From the NCBI GenBank assembly GCA_965205945.1, contig CBDBIB010000003.1, positions 352,001 through 416,000 on the forward strand: a DNA stretch of 64,000 bases, written 5' to 3'. The stretch is from Bdellovibrionales bacterium. Its GTDB lineage: Bacteria; Bdellovibrionota; Bdellovibrionia; Bdellovibrionales; UBA1609. The translations under genes and the position numbers were made by a program. The notes below the pieces were generated by a model. That model saw only the letters and a list, made by a program, of their open reading frames with translations. It was not told where the DNA came from and ran no database searches. This document shows, piece by piece, positions 29,805 through 40,438 of this stretch (positions are counted from its first letter, which is position 1; every line of letters starts with the position of its first letter).

Positions 29805-32800
29805 TTAGTTTTTAATAAATTTAAAAGATAAAATATAAATAAAAATTGGTAATAAAAACAAGGTTAAAATTGTTGAAACAAGAAGCCCCCAACCTAAAGA
29901 AAGTGCTAAGGGTTGTATAAACGTGTCTTTTCCACCAGCAGAATAAATCGTTGGAGCAAGCCCTAAAAGAGTTGTTACAGATGTAATTATAATAGGTCTA
30001 AATCTTCTATGAACAGCTTTAAGAATAGCCTCCTTTAAACTTACTTCTTTTTTTAACTCTTCTAATAGAAATTGAATAAGAATAATAGATCCATTTACTA
30101 CAACACCTGATAAGCCAATAATTCCGACAATACCCATTAAAGATAAAGGTGTGTTGTGTAAGAACAAAGCCCAAATTACACCAATAATTCCAAAAGGAAT
30201 TGCAAAAAGAACTAAAAATGGAAAACCTATGGAGTTAAAACTTAAACTGATTACAATAAATATTGCAATTAATGAAAATATATAAAGCACACCAGTTTCT
30301 TTAAGTGTATCTATTCTTTGTTTATCTGCCCCACTGACTGTAAAATCTACAGAAGGATATTTTATTTTAAAATCCTTTATCTTTTTTTTAAGAATAGCAT
30401 TAGCACTTGCAGTAGATGTGATCTTTTCATCCACATCACCAAAAATACTCACTGCTCGACTTCCATTAAGCCTTTGAATAGACGGTATTGAAGACATCAT
30501 TTGTACTTTAGCAAAGCTGCTTAAAGGAACTAGAGTTCCTTGTGCATTTAAAAAAAGAAGATCTTTTAAGTTTTTTAAATTCTTCCGGCTTTTCTTATTT
30601 AAAGATACAACGATATCAACTTCATCATCAGCCAATCTTGTTTTAGTGGCAGAAATTCCATAAAAAGCAGAAAAAATTGAACTTGAAAGGTCTTCAAACT
30701 GTAAACCGCTTTGAATAGCCTGACTTTTGTTGATTTTAATTCTAAAGTATTTTGTTTGATCCATTAGATCAGATTGAATATTTAGATTTCCCTTTTGTGC
30801 ACTTAAAAAATTAACAACATCTAAAGCTGCAAGGCTACTTTTTTTAAATTCATCAGAAGTTAATAGAAGTTGAATATCAGTTTCTACAGGAGGACCATTT
30901 CTTGGTATAGAAATTGTTATTTTTACTTCTTCTTTTTTAGCTATTATATTTATAATTCTTTTAATTTCTTTTACTACTTTATCTTCTCTATAAATAAAAT
31001 TAGGATCATCGGTTAATCTTAATATTGTTTGAGATAGATGGCTTCCTTGATCCCTACTTCCTGATATACCTCCCTTAGAAATTGATCCTATTGATGTATT
31101 CATAGAAAAAATGTCTTTTGACACTGTACTTTGATTTAGAGCTTTATAAATTTTAATGGAAAGCTTTTTTGATTTTTCTTTTGCTGTATTAATAGGGAAT
31201 TCACTTAAAATACTTAAGTACTCAACACCTGAACGTGGAAATAGTTCAAATTTAATAGATTTTCCAGCAAAAACTGTTAAAACAATAAATAGTATAAATG
31301 AAAGCACCACCATGCCATAGTTGGAGGGTTTTTTAAACGTCCATTCAACGTACTTAACATATTTTTCTCTTAATCTTTCTATGGGACCATTTATATAAGA
31401 GTTGTTTTCTTTTTTCTGTAAAAATTGAGCACAATGAGAGGGTAAAATAAAAAGAGCTTCAAGAAGTGAAAATAGTAAGATAAATATAACTGTGATAGGA
31501 ATCACTTTTAAGAATTGCCCCATGACTCCTTCCATATAGACGACTGGTAAAAAAGCAAAAATTGTTGTTAATATCGTTGCAAGTACTGGAGATGCCACTT
31601 CAGTAACACCTTTAACTGCAGCTTTTGCAGGCGCCATTCCTTTTTCAACGTAAGAATAAATATTTTCAGAAACAACAATGGCATCATCAACAAGCATCCC
31701 TAGGACAACAACCATGCCTAACACAACTAAACTATTTAAGGTCATTCCTAGGGCGTATAACACCGCCACTCCACCTAAAAAAGCTATAGGCATACTTACG
31801 GCAGTAACTAAAGCTAATCGAGTGCTTACAAAGAGCATAAGAGAGAGCAAAACTAAAAATAAACCAAATCCAGCATTTAAAAATATAGATTTTAAAGAGT
31901 TTTGAATTCGAATAGCGTCATCATAATATGGAATGATTGTAATATCTTTTGAAAACTTATAGTTTTTTAAAAACTTTTTTATGTCTTTTACAACAGTTAT
32001 AATGTCTGCAGATTCGTTTTTATAAACTGAGAAATTTATTCCTACTTTACCGTTGATTATAGTTTCTTGTTTAATCTCTTTAGATTGTAGGTTTACAGTT
32101 GCAATATCTTTTATTTTTATACTCACACCAGCATCGTTGGCTCTAATGGTTAGATCTTTAATGTCTTCTTTTGTTTTAAGCTGTTCATCTAAACGAATTT
32201 TATAATTCATTTTTTCAATATTAATTTCACCTGCAGGAGAAACTTTGTTCCAATTCTTTAGGCTTCTCATTATTTCAGTTAAACTTAATGATTTATTGTT
32301 TAAAACTTCAGGTTTTACCTCAATACGGTACTCTAAATCATCAAAACCTTTTCTTTCTACAATAGAAACTCCTGGAATCGCTTTTAATCTTCGCTTAAGT
32401 CTTTTAGATTCAGCTCTTAATACTAAAGGATTCACACCTCCAATGAGTGAAAAACTAAAGACATTAATTTTATTAGCTTTAATCTCTAAAACTACCGGAT
32501 CTAATGCATTTTCAGGTAAAGGGGCTTGATCTACAGCCCTTTGAACCTCATCAATAATATCTTTTTTTTCTAAATAATTAGGATCAAGCTGAATACTAAT
32601 GGTTCCAATTCCTTCAGAAGCTGAAGATCTATATTCTTTAATCCCATCAATTTCATCAATCTTATCCTCTATAGGTTTTAAGATTAGTTCCTCAATATCT
32701 ACAGCGGAAGCTCCATTATAAGCTACTGTAATTGCAATTCTATCAAAATTTACGGCAGGTCGAGCCTCCCTTCTCATTTTAATAAGCGAGTATCCCCCTA

Positions 32801-32873
32801 AAGCTATGATTGCAGCTGTAATATAATGAATAAATAATGAGTTTTTAAGTAAAAATTTAATTAAATTTTTCAA
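29805..32873 (-). CDS. RND efflux permease (AcrB/AcrD/AcrF family)
   Basis: GMLVDDAIVVSENI, GVVVNGSI, RFRPIIITSVTT; 1022 aa. Confidence 0.95.
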   Translation of the reverse strand: MKNLIKFLLKNSLFIHYITAAIIALGGYSLIKMRREARPAVNFDRIAITVAYNGASAVDIEELILKPIEDKIDEIDGIKEYRSSASEGIGTISIQLDPNYLEKKDIIDEVQRAVDQAPLPENALDPVVLEIKANKINVFSFSLIGGVNPLVLRAESKRLKRRLKAIPGVSIVERKGFDDLEYRIEVKPEVLNNKSLSLTEIMRSLKNWNKVSPAGEINIEKMNYKIRLDEQLKTKEDIKDLTIRANDAGVSIKIKDIATVNLQSKEIKQETIINGKVGINFSVYKNESADIITVVKDIKKFLKNYKFSKDITIIPYYDDAIRIQNSLKSIFLNAGFGLFLVLLSLMLFVSTRLALVTAVSMPIAFLGGVAVLYALGMTLNSLVVLGMVVVLGMLVDDAIVVSENIYSYVEKGMAPAKAAVKGVTEVASPVLATILTTIFAFLPVVYMEGVMGQFLKVIPITVIFILLFSLLEALFILPSHCAQFLQKKENNSYINGPIERLREKYVKYVEWTFKKPSNYGMVVLSFILFIVLTVFAGKSIKFELFPRSGVEYLSILSEFPINTAKEKSKKLSIKIYKALNQSTVSKDIFSMNTSIGSISKGGISGSRDQGSHLSQTILRLTDDPNFIYREDKVVKEIKRIINIIAKKEEVKITISIPRNGPPVETDIQLLLTSDEFKKSSLAALDVVNFLSAQKGNLNIQSDLMDQTKYFRIKINKSQAIQSGLQFEDLSSSIFSAFYGISATKTRLADDEVDIVVSLNKKSRKNLKNLKDLLFLNAQGTLVPLSSFAKVQMMSSIPSIQRLNGSRAVSIFGDVDEKITSTASANAILKKKIKDFKIKYPSVDFTVSGADKQRIDTLKETGVLYIFSLIAIFIVISLSFNSIGFPFLVLFAIPFGIIGVIWALFLHNTPLSLMGIVGIIGLSGVVVNGSIILIQFLLEELKKEVSLKEAILKAVHRRFRPIIITSVTTLLGLAPTIYSAGGKDTFIQPLALSLGWGLLVSTILTLFLLPIFIYILSFKFIKN

Positions 32874-34311
32874 AATTATCCCCTGATAAGCTGTAGTAGT
32901 CTATGCGAAAGAGTGTTTGGTTATATTTAAATTCTAAGGCTCGTTCTAAACTATTTAAATAGTTAATTTGAGCTTCAACAAGGTTTCTAATTCCACCACG
33001 TCCATTTTTAAAATCTTTTTTAAATAAAATTGATTTTCTTTTTTGTAAGTTAACTAAATTTTTAACTTGTTTATTTGCCTTAATTAAATAGGTTAAGGTT
33101 GTTAAAAATTTATTTTCATCTCGCTCTAAGCTTTTTTTCAACTGATCAAACTCTAATGACTGTAGCCTTTTTTCAGCATTAAGTTTTTTGGCGCTAATTT
33201 TATCAGCAGACTCTCCAAATTCATATCGTAAGTTGATCCCTAAACTGTGAGTGGGAAGGTTAAAATCTAAGGATTTAAATACTGAATCAATAACACCATT
33301 TTGGCTAGCTTGTGATTTTAAACTGTAGTTTAAGTTTATTTCTGGAAACATTTTAAATTTCATTGATGCTGCTTGAGCTTTTAATGCCTCTAAAGTTTTT
33401 TTTGCTAATTGATAATCAAGGTTTTTCTTCAAGTTGATTTTTAAAGCAGTGTTGTCTTTAGAAAAATTTGCGTCTGATACTATAATGAGTGTATTTAATG
33501 GGAGCCCTGATGTTTTTAATAATGATATTTGATTTATATTTAGATTGTTAGTTGCGGTTTCTTTATCCAATAAGCAGTTCTGGAATAAAACTTTAATGAT
33601 AAGATAATCTTTTTCTCTAATGAGTTTTTTTTTAAATCTGTTTGATGAAATTTTATGAAGCTGTATATACTCATTACACTGTGTTTTAAGAATTTTTAAG
33701 CGCTTATAGCTTTTTAGGTATGTAAAATAACTTTTTAATACTTTTATTGAAAAAACTTTATCTGCATTTTCTTTAGCTAAATTAGCGATTTCATCTTTTA
33801 TTTTCTTTTGTGTTATTACAGATAAACTACTTTTGCTTAAAATAGTTTTCATTAAATTAATTCGAAGGCCTGTTTCTAAAGATGCGGTCTGGTACTTTAC
33901 AGCGCCCACGCTTGGAAAAGCTCTTGAGACATCTTCAGTTGAAAAATTTAGGAATGGAGTCATACCCAAGGCTGTTTTTTTTTCTAACTTAAAACTTGTA
34001 CTTGTAGCAAGATTTTGCCCTGCTGGAGCAAAAGGAGATGTTGATGGTATTTCTGCATTTTTATTTAAAATATCACCTAAAAATGTCCAATTATACATCT
34101 TAAGTAAGCTGTTTGCATTTAAACTGTCTATTTCAAACTGAGTTTTAATTTTATTATATTCAACGCTATGTATTTTAGCCATTCTTAGTAAATCTTTATG
34201 GGATTTTACTACTAGCCTTGAATCACTCCAAGATTGAAAACAAAAAATTTGAAATAAAAGTATAAATAATTTTAATTTATTCCTATGATGTAAGCGATCC
34301 AAGATTCGCAA
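32857..34311 (-). CDS. TolC-family outer-membrane protein (start uncertain)
   Basis: Signal-like N-terminus, helical/beta alternation, FKNGRG...LVEAQ...LSG; directly upstream of the RND gene. Confidence 0.75.
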   Translation of the reverse strand: MRILDRLHHRNKLKLFILLFQIFCFQSWSDSRLVVKSHKDLLRMAKIHSVEYNKIKTQFEIDSLNANSLLKMYNWTFLGDILNKNAEIPSTSPFAPAGQNLATSTSFKLEKKTALGMTPFLNFSTEDVSRAFPSVGAVKYQTASLETGLRINLMKTILSKSSLSVITQKKIKDEIANLAKENADKVFSIKVLKSYFTYLKSYKRLKILKTQCNEYIQLHKISSNRFKKKLIREKDYLIIKVLFQNCLLDKETATNNLNINQISLLKTSGLPLNTLIIVSDANFSKDNTALKINLKKNLDYQLAKKTLEALKAQAASMKFKMFPEINLNYSLKSQASQNGVIDSVFKSLDFNLPTHSLGINLRYEFGESADKISAKKLNAEKRLQSLEFDQLKKSLERDENKFLTTLTYLIKANKQVKNLVNLQKRKSILFKKDFKNGRGGIRNLVEAQINYLNSLERALEFKYNQTLFRIDYYSLSGDNFEKFN

Positions 34312-35057
34312 TGTTCCCCCTGTGTAACTCTAATAAATTTCCCATTGCCGTTGCCGTTTTTATCCGTACCCTCCCACATAATGGCTACATCCTTAAAACC
34401 AACTTCTAGCATAATTTCTTTAATTTCAGGAATGCTCCACATTCTCCAATCATATGAAAAAACTTTTTCTTTTTTTTTCTCTCCATCTCTTTGAAAATGG
34501 ATATAAAATTGTGCAAAATTTGATACAGGATCAAAACTGTCTTGATCCCAAAAATATGAGAACCCTTCATTATACTCAGTTTCTTCTTCAACAGGTTCTG
34601 TTGTCGCCGTTCCACCAAAACAATCTACTATAAATATACCATTTTTTTTAAGGCCTCTGTAAGCTGCTTTAAAATACTTTTTAAGCTTATCTCTGTTCTT
34701 AAAAATATAATATGAAAAGTTAGAAGCACTTATTATATCTGCTTGAGGGTTTGAGTCTATCATTACGTTTTTGTTAAGTATTAAAACTCTTTCTTGCTGC
34801 TCAGGGCTTAACGCTGTAAGGTAGTTGTTTTTGCCATACTTAATGGGCTCTAAATCTAAATCTATACCGATGGCTTTTTTGTTGCTATTTAACTTAACCC
34901 ACTCACAAGAGATTGAAAATGTTCCACAGAAATCTTCTCTTAATATTTTTGCCTCCTTACCTTTGATTTTCTTATAAGTTTTATCAAAAAATTTAACATC
35001 AATTTTAGGAGATTGAACGGATGTATGGTAATAGTAATACTTGTCAAATTTTTTCAT
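34272..35057 (-). CDS. Class I SAM-dependent methyltransferase
   Basis: LREDFCGT motif I, GIDLD, GIFIVDCFGG. Confidence 0.85.
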   Translation of the reverse strand: MKKFDKYYYYHTSVQSPKIDVKFFDKTYKKIKGKEAKILREDFCGTFSISCEWVKLNSNKKAIGIDLDLEPIKYGKNNYLTALSPEQQERVLILNKNVMIDSNPQADIISASNFSYYIFKNRDKLKKYFKAAYRGLKKNGIFIVDCFGGTATTEPVEEETEYNEGFSYFWDQDSFDPVSNFAQFYIHFQRDGEKKKEKVFSYDWRMWSIPEIKEIMLEVGFKDVAIMWEGTDKNGNGNGKFIRVTQGEHCESWIAYIIGIN

Positions 35058-36106
35058 TATGGGACTACCTTTAAAATTTCATTTATTTTTTTTTCGATTT
35101 CTTCTTTATATGGAACAGTAGCCTCTTCTAAATTAGGGTGTAACCCAATTCCTGGAACATTCTTGCCAGCAAGTACTTTAGGAGGGGCATAGATTTGGTA
35201 AAAAAGATCTGATGTTATCACTCTATAACTTAAATGCTCTGCAAAATTTGTAACTTCAGTTTCTTCATTTACAAACAATACTCTTTTTGTTTTTTTAATT
35301 GAATTATAAACCATTTCCCAATCGTAAGGGTAAAGGGACCTTAAGTCGATGACCTCTATAGAAGCCCTGTGTTTTTTAGCAATATTTTTACAAATCAAGA
35401 GTGTTCGACCATAACTTACAATGGTTAGATCTGATCCTTGAGTAACAATCTTTGCTTTTCCTATTGGAATTTTAAATTCTCTTATAGGTGGCCAGTTAGG
35501 CTTCCAATTTGACCTGTCTCCTAAAGGGGCATCAATGGCTTCTTTTAAAGACTTGTCATTTTTAAACTCTCCAGGAATAAGCTTGTCTCCTTTTATTCTA
35601 AGGAGAGCTTTGGGTTTTAAAAACATTACTGGATTTGGATCTTTTATTGCTGATAATAATAAGCCATAGGCATCTAAAGGGTTTGATGGTATAACAATTT
35701 TCCACCCTGGAAGCCTTGTGGCCCATCCATCAAAACTATGGCTATGATAAATGGATCCTCTAATTCCAGCACCAACTGGTGTCATTAAGGTAATGGGTAA
35801 ATTGTAATTGCCATTTGAGGACCAATTCAGGCTTCCTGCATACTTTAAAAGATCAAGCGTATTAAAAATATAATCACAAAACTGAATTTCAGCAACACAG
35901 CGTTCTCCAGCAAGTCCTAAGCCAATTGCTGTAGATACAATACCTCTTTCATCAAGGGGTGTGTTCCATGCGCTCTTTAGTCCTTGAGTTGCTGTAAATA
36001 CTCCACCTAAAGGAGCCCCAACATCCTGGCCAAAAGTGTCGTTTAAACTATAGTTTTCTTCTGCAAAATGTAGAGCCATTCTAATTGCCTGAGCCATATT
36101 TGCCAT
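35057..36106 (-). CDS. 2-oxoacid dehydrogenase E1 beta subunit
   Basis: GQDVG..GGVFTATQGL, NTPLDERGI, AEIQFCDY, EVIDLRSL; start placed at MANMAQ just after the E1 alpha stop. Confidence 0.93.
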   Translation of the reverse strand: MANMAQAIRMALHFAEENYSLNDTFGQDVGAPLGGVFTATQGLKSAWNTPLDERGIVSTAIGLGLAGERCVAEIQFCDYIFNTLDLLKYAGSLNWSSNGNYNLPITLMTPVGAGIRGSIYHSHSFDGWATRLPGWKIVIPSNPLDAYGLLLSAIKDPNPVMFLKPKALLRIKGDKLIPGEFKNDKSLKEAIDAPLGDRSNWKPNWPPIREFKIPIGKAKIVTQGSDLTIVSYGRTLLICKNIAKKHRASIEVIDLRSLYPYDWEMVYNSIKKTKRVLFVNEETEVTNFAEHLSYRVITSDLFYQIYAPPKVLAGKNVPGIGLHPNLEEATVPYKEEIEKKINEILKVVP

Positions 36107-36107
36107 T

Positions 36108-37172
36108 TTAAAATTTTCTCCAGTCTGCGTTCTCATTATTTACAAAAGTGTGATCCCAAATACTATTCATACTAGGGCCTTTTTCTTTTTGAATTTTTTT
36201 AAATAGAACCATGAATTCGTTATCATAAATATCATACAAAGCTTTGATATCTACAATCTTTAAAATATTTGCTTTAAGAAGTCGTTCTTCAAAATTTTTT
36301 AATGGATCCTCTATACCAGGAACTAGATTTGCACCAGATGCTGAGGAGTGTCCATAAAGTCTTGAAGTATAAGCCTCTAATAAAACTGGTTTTTGTTCTT
36401 TCCTAATGTAATCAAATGATTCCTTAAGTTTAAGATAAGACTCTATAGGATCATTTCCGTTGATTGTTAAGGATCTAATCCCAAAGGGTTTTCCTCTATC
36501 TGAAATTTTTTCTTCACTATGTTGCTCATCATATGAGGTAGAAATTCCCCAGTTGTTATTCTGAACAGTTATTAATATGGGAAGCTCATTTTTAGGCCGT
36601 GAAGACCAAATCAAGCAAGTTGCAAAATCACCTTCTGCTGTACCAGCATCACCACCTGTGACGATGGATATACCGCCTTTGTTGTAGCGTTTTTGAGATC
36701 GAGCAGTGCCTAAGGCTAAACCATATTGAATTTCAATGGGACTTGAAACTGGTGTTACGTTCATCTTTGGAAAACAGTAATGGTTTGAAAAGTTTCTTCC
36801 CCCTGTACAAATATCTCCCTTTTTATTCATTATAAGCCTTATTGAATCCTCAGGATTCATACCCATAGCTACTAAAGTTGGTGTGCTGCGATAATGTAAA
36901 TGAAGATAATCATAAGCAAGGCCTTGACCTATTTTTGTAAGCATTCCTAAAGGAACACCAAAGGCCTCTTCACCTGGGGATCCAATCCAGAAAAAAGCCT
37001 TCCCGGTTTTATAGATTTTAATAAGTCGTTCCTCTAAGACTCTTGATTTAACCATGAGACTATATATAGAGTTTAAAAGAGCCTTATTTAAACCTCCAAA
37101 CTTATCTGTCCTGTTTAAAGCTATAGATTTTTTTTTTCTTGGCTTTTTTGTTTTCTCTAGTACTAGAGTCAT
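36108..37172 (-). CDS. 2-oxoacid dehydrogenase E1 alpha subunit
   Basis: ThDP motif GDAGTAEGDF...QNNNWGIS; RLYGHSS. Confidence 0.93.
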   Translation of the reverse strand: MTLVLEKTKKPRKKKSIALNRTDKFGGLNKALLNSIYSLMVKSRVLEERLIKIYKTGKAFFWIGSPGEEAFGVPLGMLTKIGQGLAYDYLHLHYRSTPTLVAMGMNPEDSIRLIMNKKGDICTGGRNFSNHYCFPKMNVTPVSSPIEIQYGLALGTARSQKRYNKGGISIVTGGDAGTAEGDFATCLIWSSRPKNELPILITVQNNNWGISTSYDEQHSEEKISDRGKPFGIRSLTINGNDPIESYLKLKESFDYIRKEQKPVLLEAYTSRLYGHSSASGANLVPGIEDPLKNFEERLLKANILKIVDIKALYDIYDNEFMVLFKKIQKEKGPSMNSIWDHTFVNNENADWRKF

Positions 37173-37873
37173 AAAAACTCCTTACATGGGTGATCATTTA
37201 GTTAGTAAAATTGGGTTAAAGAATAAAATTTTATATTAAATGAGTTTTCCTTGTTGCTAATCTTATTTTAATAGGTTTTATATTCATTAAGTTATTTAAT
37301 CTCATTAAAGGCTCAAAGCCTGATTTAATTTTTAATCTATTCTTTATTTTTTTACTCCTTTAATCTAAATGATTATGTAGTTAATTGTTTATATAGCTTT
37401 TGTGATTTTTAAATAAAATCCAACATATTTCTAGTACAAACTGCTTTTTGGGGATTTACTGCATAACGCGTTGAATTTGGTTTCTTATTTAAACATCTTT
37501 ATATGGATGTTTTTTTTGATTCAGCTTTAATAAGTTTATTTTTTAAGCTTAAAGGCTCTTTTGTGGTAAGAAAACTAAATATTTCGTTAAAAGGCAGGGC
37601 TGTACTAGCAGGGTTGTAAAATTCTTATTGCCTAGATCTAATCTAATGCGCCTTTCCATCTAGGTTGGTAACAAGAAGGTATATAAAGTGCAAAAAACTG
37701 ATTTAAGTCATGAGTATTTAAATTCTTTCTTGGTGGTTTAAAGTAGAGGGTAAACATCCGCGGCCCTTAGCTTTAGGTAAGATTCTAGCTAGAGACGTTA
37801 CTTATTTAAGTTTAGTGGAGAGTATAAGGGGAAAAAACTAATTAACTAAATTTTTTAAAGGAAAAATATAAAG

Positions 37874-39871
37874 TTATATTGGGGAAGTCAAAGTTGATCT
37901 TTTTTCGTGCAATAAAATAAGATCCAGAGCAATATTTAAAGCTTCATCGATATCAGCTCTTTGAAAATACTTTTTTTGCTTTTCTTCTTTGCTTAAAATT
38001 TTGTCAGAATCTTTTTTTTCACTTTTTTCTTTCATAATTTCAGCAAGATTTAAGACTTTTCCTCTTTCTTTAGATTTTTTGATTTCATCTATAATTTCTT
38101 TAAATTTTTTACTTTTTTCTACTCTTATTTTAGATGCTAACTGAAGAGAAGCCACCATTTTTTTATCTATGATTTGCCACTTTGAAGGACCGTAATGAAC
38201 AAAAGCATCTGATGAAATAAATGATGCTAACTTTTTTGGAGGTAGTGAGTAATCATACGTTTTCTCACCAATATCTTCATTTGAGAAAATACTTGGTAAA
38301 ACCACATCAGCATCCACTCCCCTATGTTGAGTTGAATAGCCGCCTGCTGTAAAAAACATACCGATAGTTATTTTTAAAGCCCCTAATCCTTTAGGAAGAT
38401 CTTTTATTGATTGAACAGTTCCTTTACCAAAGGTATGATCACCACCAACAATTACAGCCCTGCCATAATCTTTTAAAGCGCCTGAAACAATTTCAGAAGC
38501 ACTTGCAGAGGCTCTACTAATTAAAATTACTAATGGTCCACTATAGTTAACTGTTTTATCCGTATCAGCTAAAGCCATTGCAGGTATTTTAGGATCAGGA
38601 AAAGACTGTTTTACAATATTACCTGTTTTTAAGAAAAGACCTCCAATTTTAACAGCATCACTAAGATTTCCACCACCATTACTAGACAGATCAAGAACAA
38701 CACCATTGACCCCTCTAATCTTAGCTTTGTTTAAAAGTTTTTTTACGTCTTTAGCTGAACTTCTTCCGTTTCTTACGCCATCAGCATAAAAACTGGGAAG
38801 GTTTATAAGACCTATTATCTTTTTTTCATCTCCTACTATTTTTGTATGATATGTAATTTTAGCCGCTTCATCTTCCAAACTAATTTTATCTCTAACCAGC
38901 ATAATTTGTATGCGGCTTGTTTTACCTTTTTCTTTTCTTAAAACGGAAAGAAAAACTTTTGTTCCTTTTTTCCCACGTATTTTTTTAACAACATCATTAA
39001 GCTCCATTTCAATAACATTTTCAGCTTTTATAGCCCCATCCTGTCTAACGGCAACGATTTTATCTTTTGGCTTAATTTGTCCTGATTTATCCGCTGCACC
39101 ACCAGGAACCAGGCTCTCAACTACAGTAAATCCATCTTTCCAAGAAAGAGTTGCCCCAATTCCTTCTAGAGAAAGACTCATTTGAATTTTAAAGTTCTCT
39201 AAATCATCAGCTGAAAAGAATGCTGAGTGTGGATCTAGAGCATGCGCATAAGCACTTAAATACTTGATTAAATGATCCTGTTGTGTTTCTTGTTTTAATT
39301 TTTTTAAAATACGTTCGTAGTTTTTAATTACATTTTTTTTAGCTTCGTTAATCTTAATATCTGACATTAAATAATTTGAAATCTGAAATTGGATGTATTT
39401 TTCATGAAATCCATTCATTTTTTTAACTGAGTCAAATCTTTTTCTTTTATCAGCATCTAATATAATTTTAATATTTTTATCAAATTTATAATCTTTTCCT
39501 AAGAAATTTTTAACAAATAAGACTCTTTCTTTAATTTTTTTAATAACATATGTACTGGCATTATAAATCGATGAACATTCAGTGTTTTGAGTTTTTTTAA
39601 AAATGCCTGAGTACATCTTTCTAATTTTATTCTCATCACTTCTAAGTAAATATATTTTAAGAGGATCTAATCTTTTTAAAACTTGATCTATAACTCTTTT
39701 TTCTAAATCGGGTGTAAATTTTTTATGCTTAACGTGTTGGTTTAAATACCCTTCTTGAATGGCTGGCATATATTTACAAGCCAACAATTCTGTAGACTGC
39801 TGTGCAAAAGCACTTCCAGTTATAAATATTATAAAACTTGTAACTGTAGAAATTTGTTTAAATATTGTCAT
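37874..39871 (-). CDS. prc: Tail-specific (S41) C-terminal processing protease with PDZ domain
   Basis: LDPHS, LEGIGA, SASASEI, TFGKGTVQ; start moved to MTIFKQ, which has an AAGGA RBS. Confidence 0.92.
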   Translation of the reverse strand: MTIFKQISTVTSFIIFITGSAFAQQSTELLACKYMPAIQEGYLNQHVKHKKFTPDLEKRVIDQVLKRLDPLKIYLLRSDENKIRKMYSGIFKKTQNTECSSIYNASTYVIKKIKERVLFVKNFLGKDYKFDKNIKIILDADKRKRFDSVKKMNGFHEKYIQFQISNYLMSDIKINEAKKNVIKNYERILKKLKQETQQDHLIKYLSAYAHALDPHSAFFSADDLENFKIQMSLSLEGIGATLSWKDGFTVVESLVPGGAADKSGQIKPKDKIVAVRQDGAIKAENVIEMELNDVVKKIRGKKGTKVFLSVLRKEKGKTSRIQIMLVRDKISLEDEAAKITYHTKIVGDEKKIIGLINLPSFYADGVRNGRSSAKDVKKLLNKAKIRGVNGVVLDLSSNGGGNLSDAVKIGGLFLKTGNIVKQSFPDPKIPAMALADTDKTVNYSGPLVILISRASASASEIVSGALKDYGRAVIVGGDHTFGKGTVQSIKDLPKGLGALKITIGMFFTAGGYSTQHRGVDADVVLPSIFSNEDIGEKTYDYSLPPKKLASFISSDAFVHYGPSKWQIIDKKMVASLQLASKIRVEKSKKFKEIIDEIKKSKERGKVLNLAEIMKEKSEKKDSDKILSKEEKQKKYFQRADIDEALNIALDLILLHEKRSTLTSPI

Positions 39872-40277
39872 AGAATCCTTTCTGAAACTAAATTGATGAG
39901 AAAATTTTATCATTTATCTATCGGCTGGTTTACTTTAAAAGAAAAATAGACTCAGATTCAAACCTTAAACTAGTTTAAAAATAGACACTTTATAAATACT
40001 GGACTTTAGTTTTATTTTTAAGTGGATTAATATGGGTAAAAACTGTTTAAAAGCGTAATCAATAAGATTTATTTTTTAAAATATTTTGGGAAATCCTCTT
40101 TTCTAGAGCTAAAGATTTAATAGGGTAAAAATGGGGCGGAGTTAGAATTTTGAGTGAGTCAATTAAAGAAGTTTAGTGTAGGAAATTTCCTTGTTGGGGT
40201 TTGTAAGGGCCTTGTCTACTCTAAAGTGCCACAGTAAGGAGGTTACTAAGTTTAAAAACTTATAATTACCTATTCAT

Positions 40278-40380
40278 TGTCTCATGTTGGAACATTTTGG
40301 AGTCATTAATAACGGCTCAATTCGGATTTTTTTTTATTTTAGTTAAAAAAACTAAATTAGATTTTAATTTAAGCCGATAG
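40278..40380 (+). promoter_or_regulatory. Putative sigma28 promoter with upstream palindromic box
   Basis: TGTCTCA-TGT-TGGAACA at 40278-40294; TAAA(40353)-N16-GCCGATAG(40373-40380). Confidence 0.6.
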
Positions 40381-40438
40381 GATTTTAGTTAGGCTAGATC
40401 TAGAAGCAAATTTACATAAAAGGAATTGGAAATAAGAG

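Noticed and set aside
37240..37873. Long intergenic region as a possible ncRNA or array
   Set aside because: No repeats, strong hairpins or recognisable RNA motifs seen by eye.
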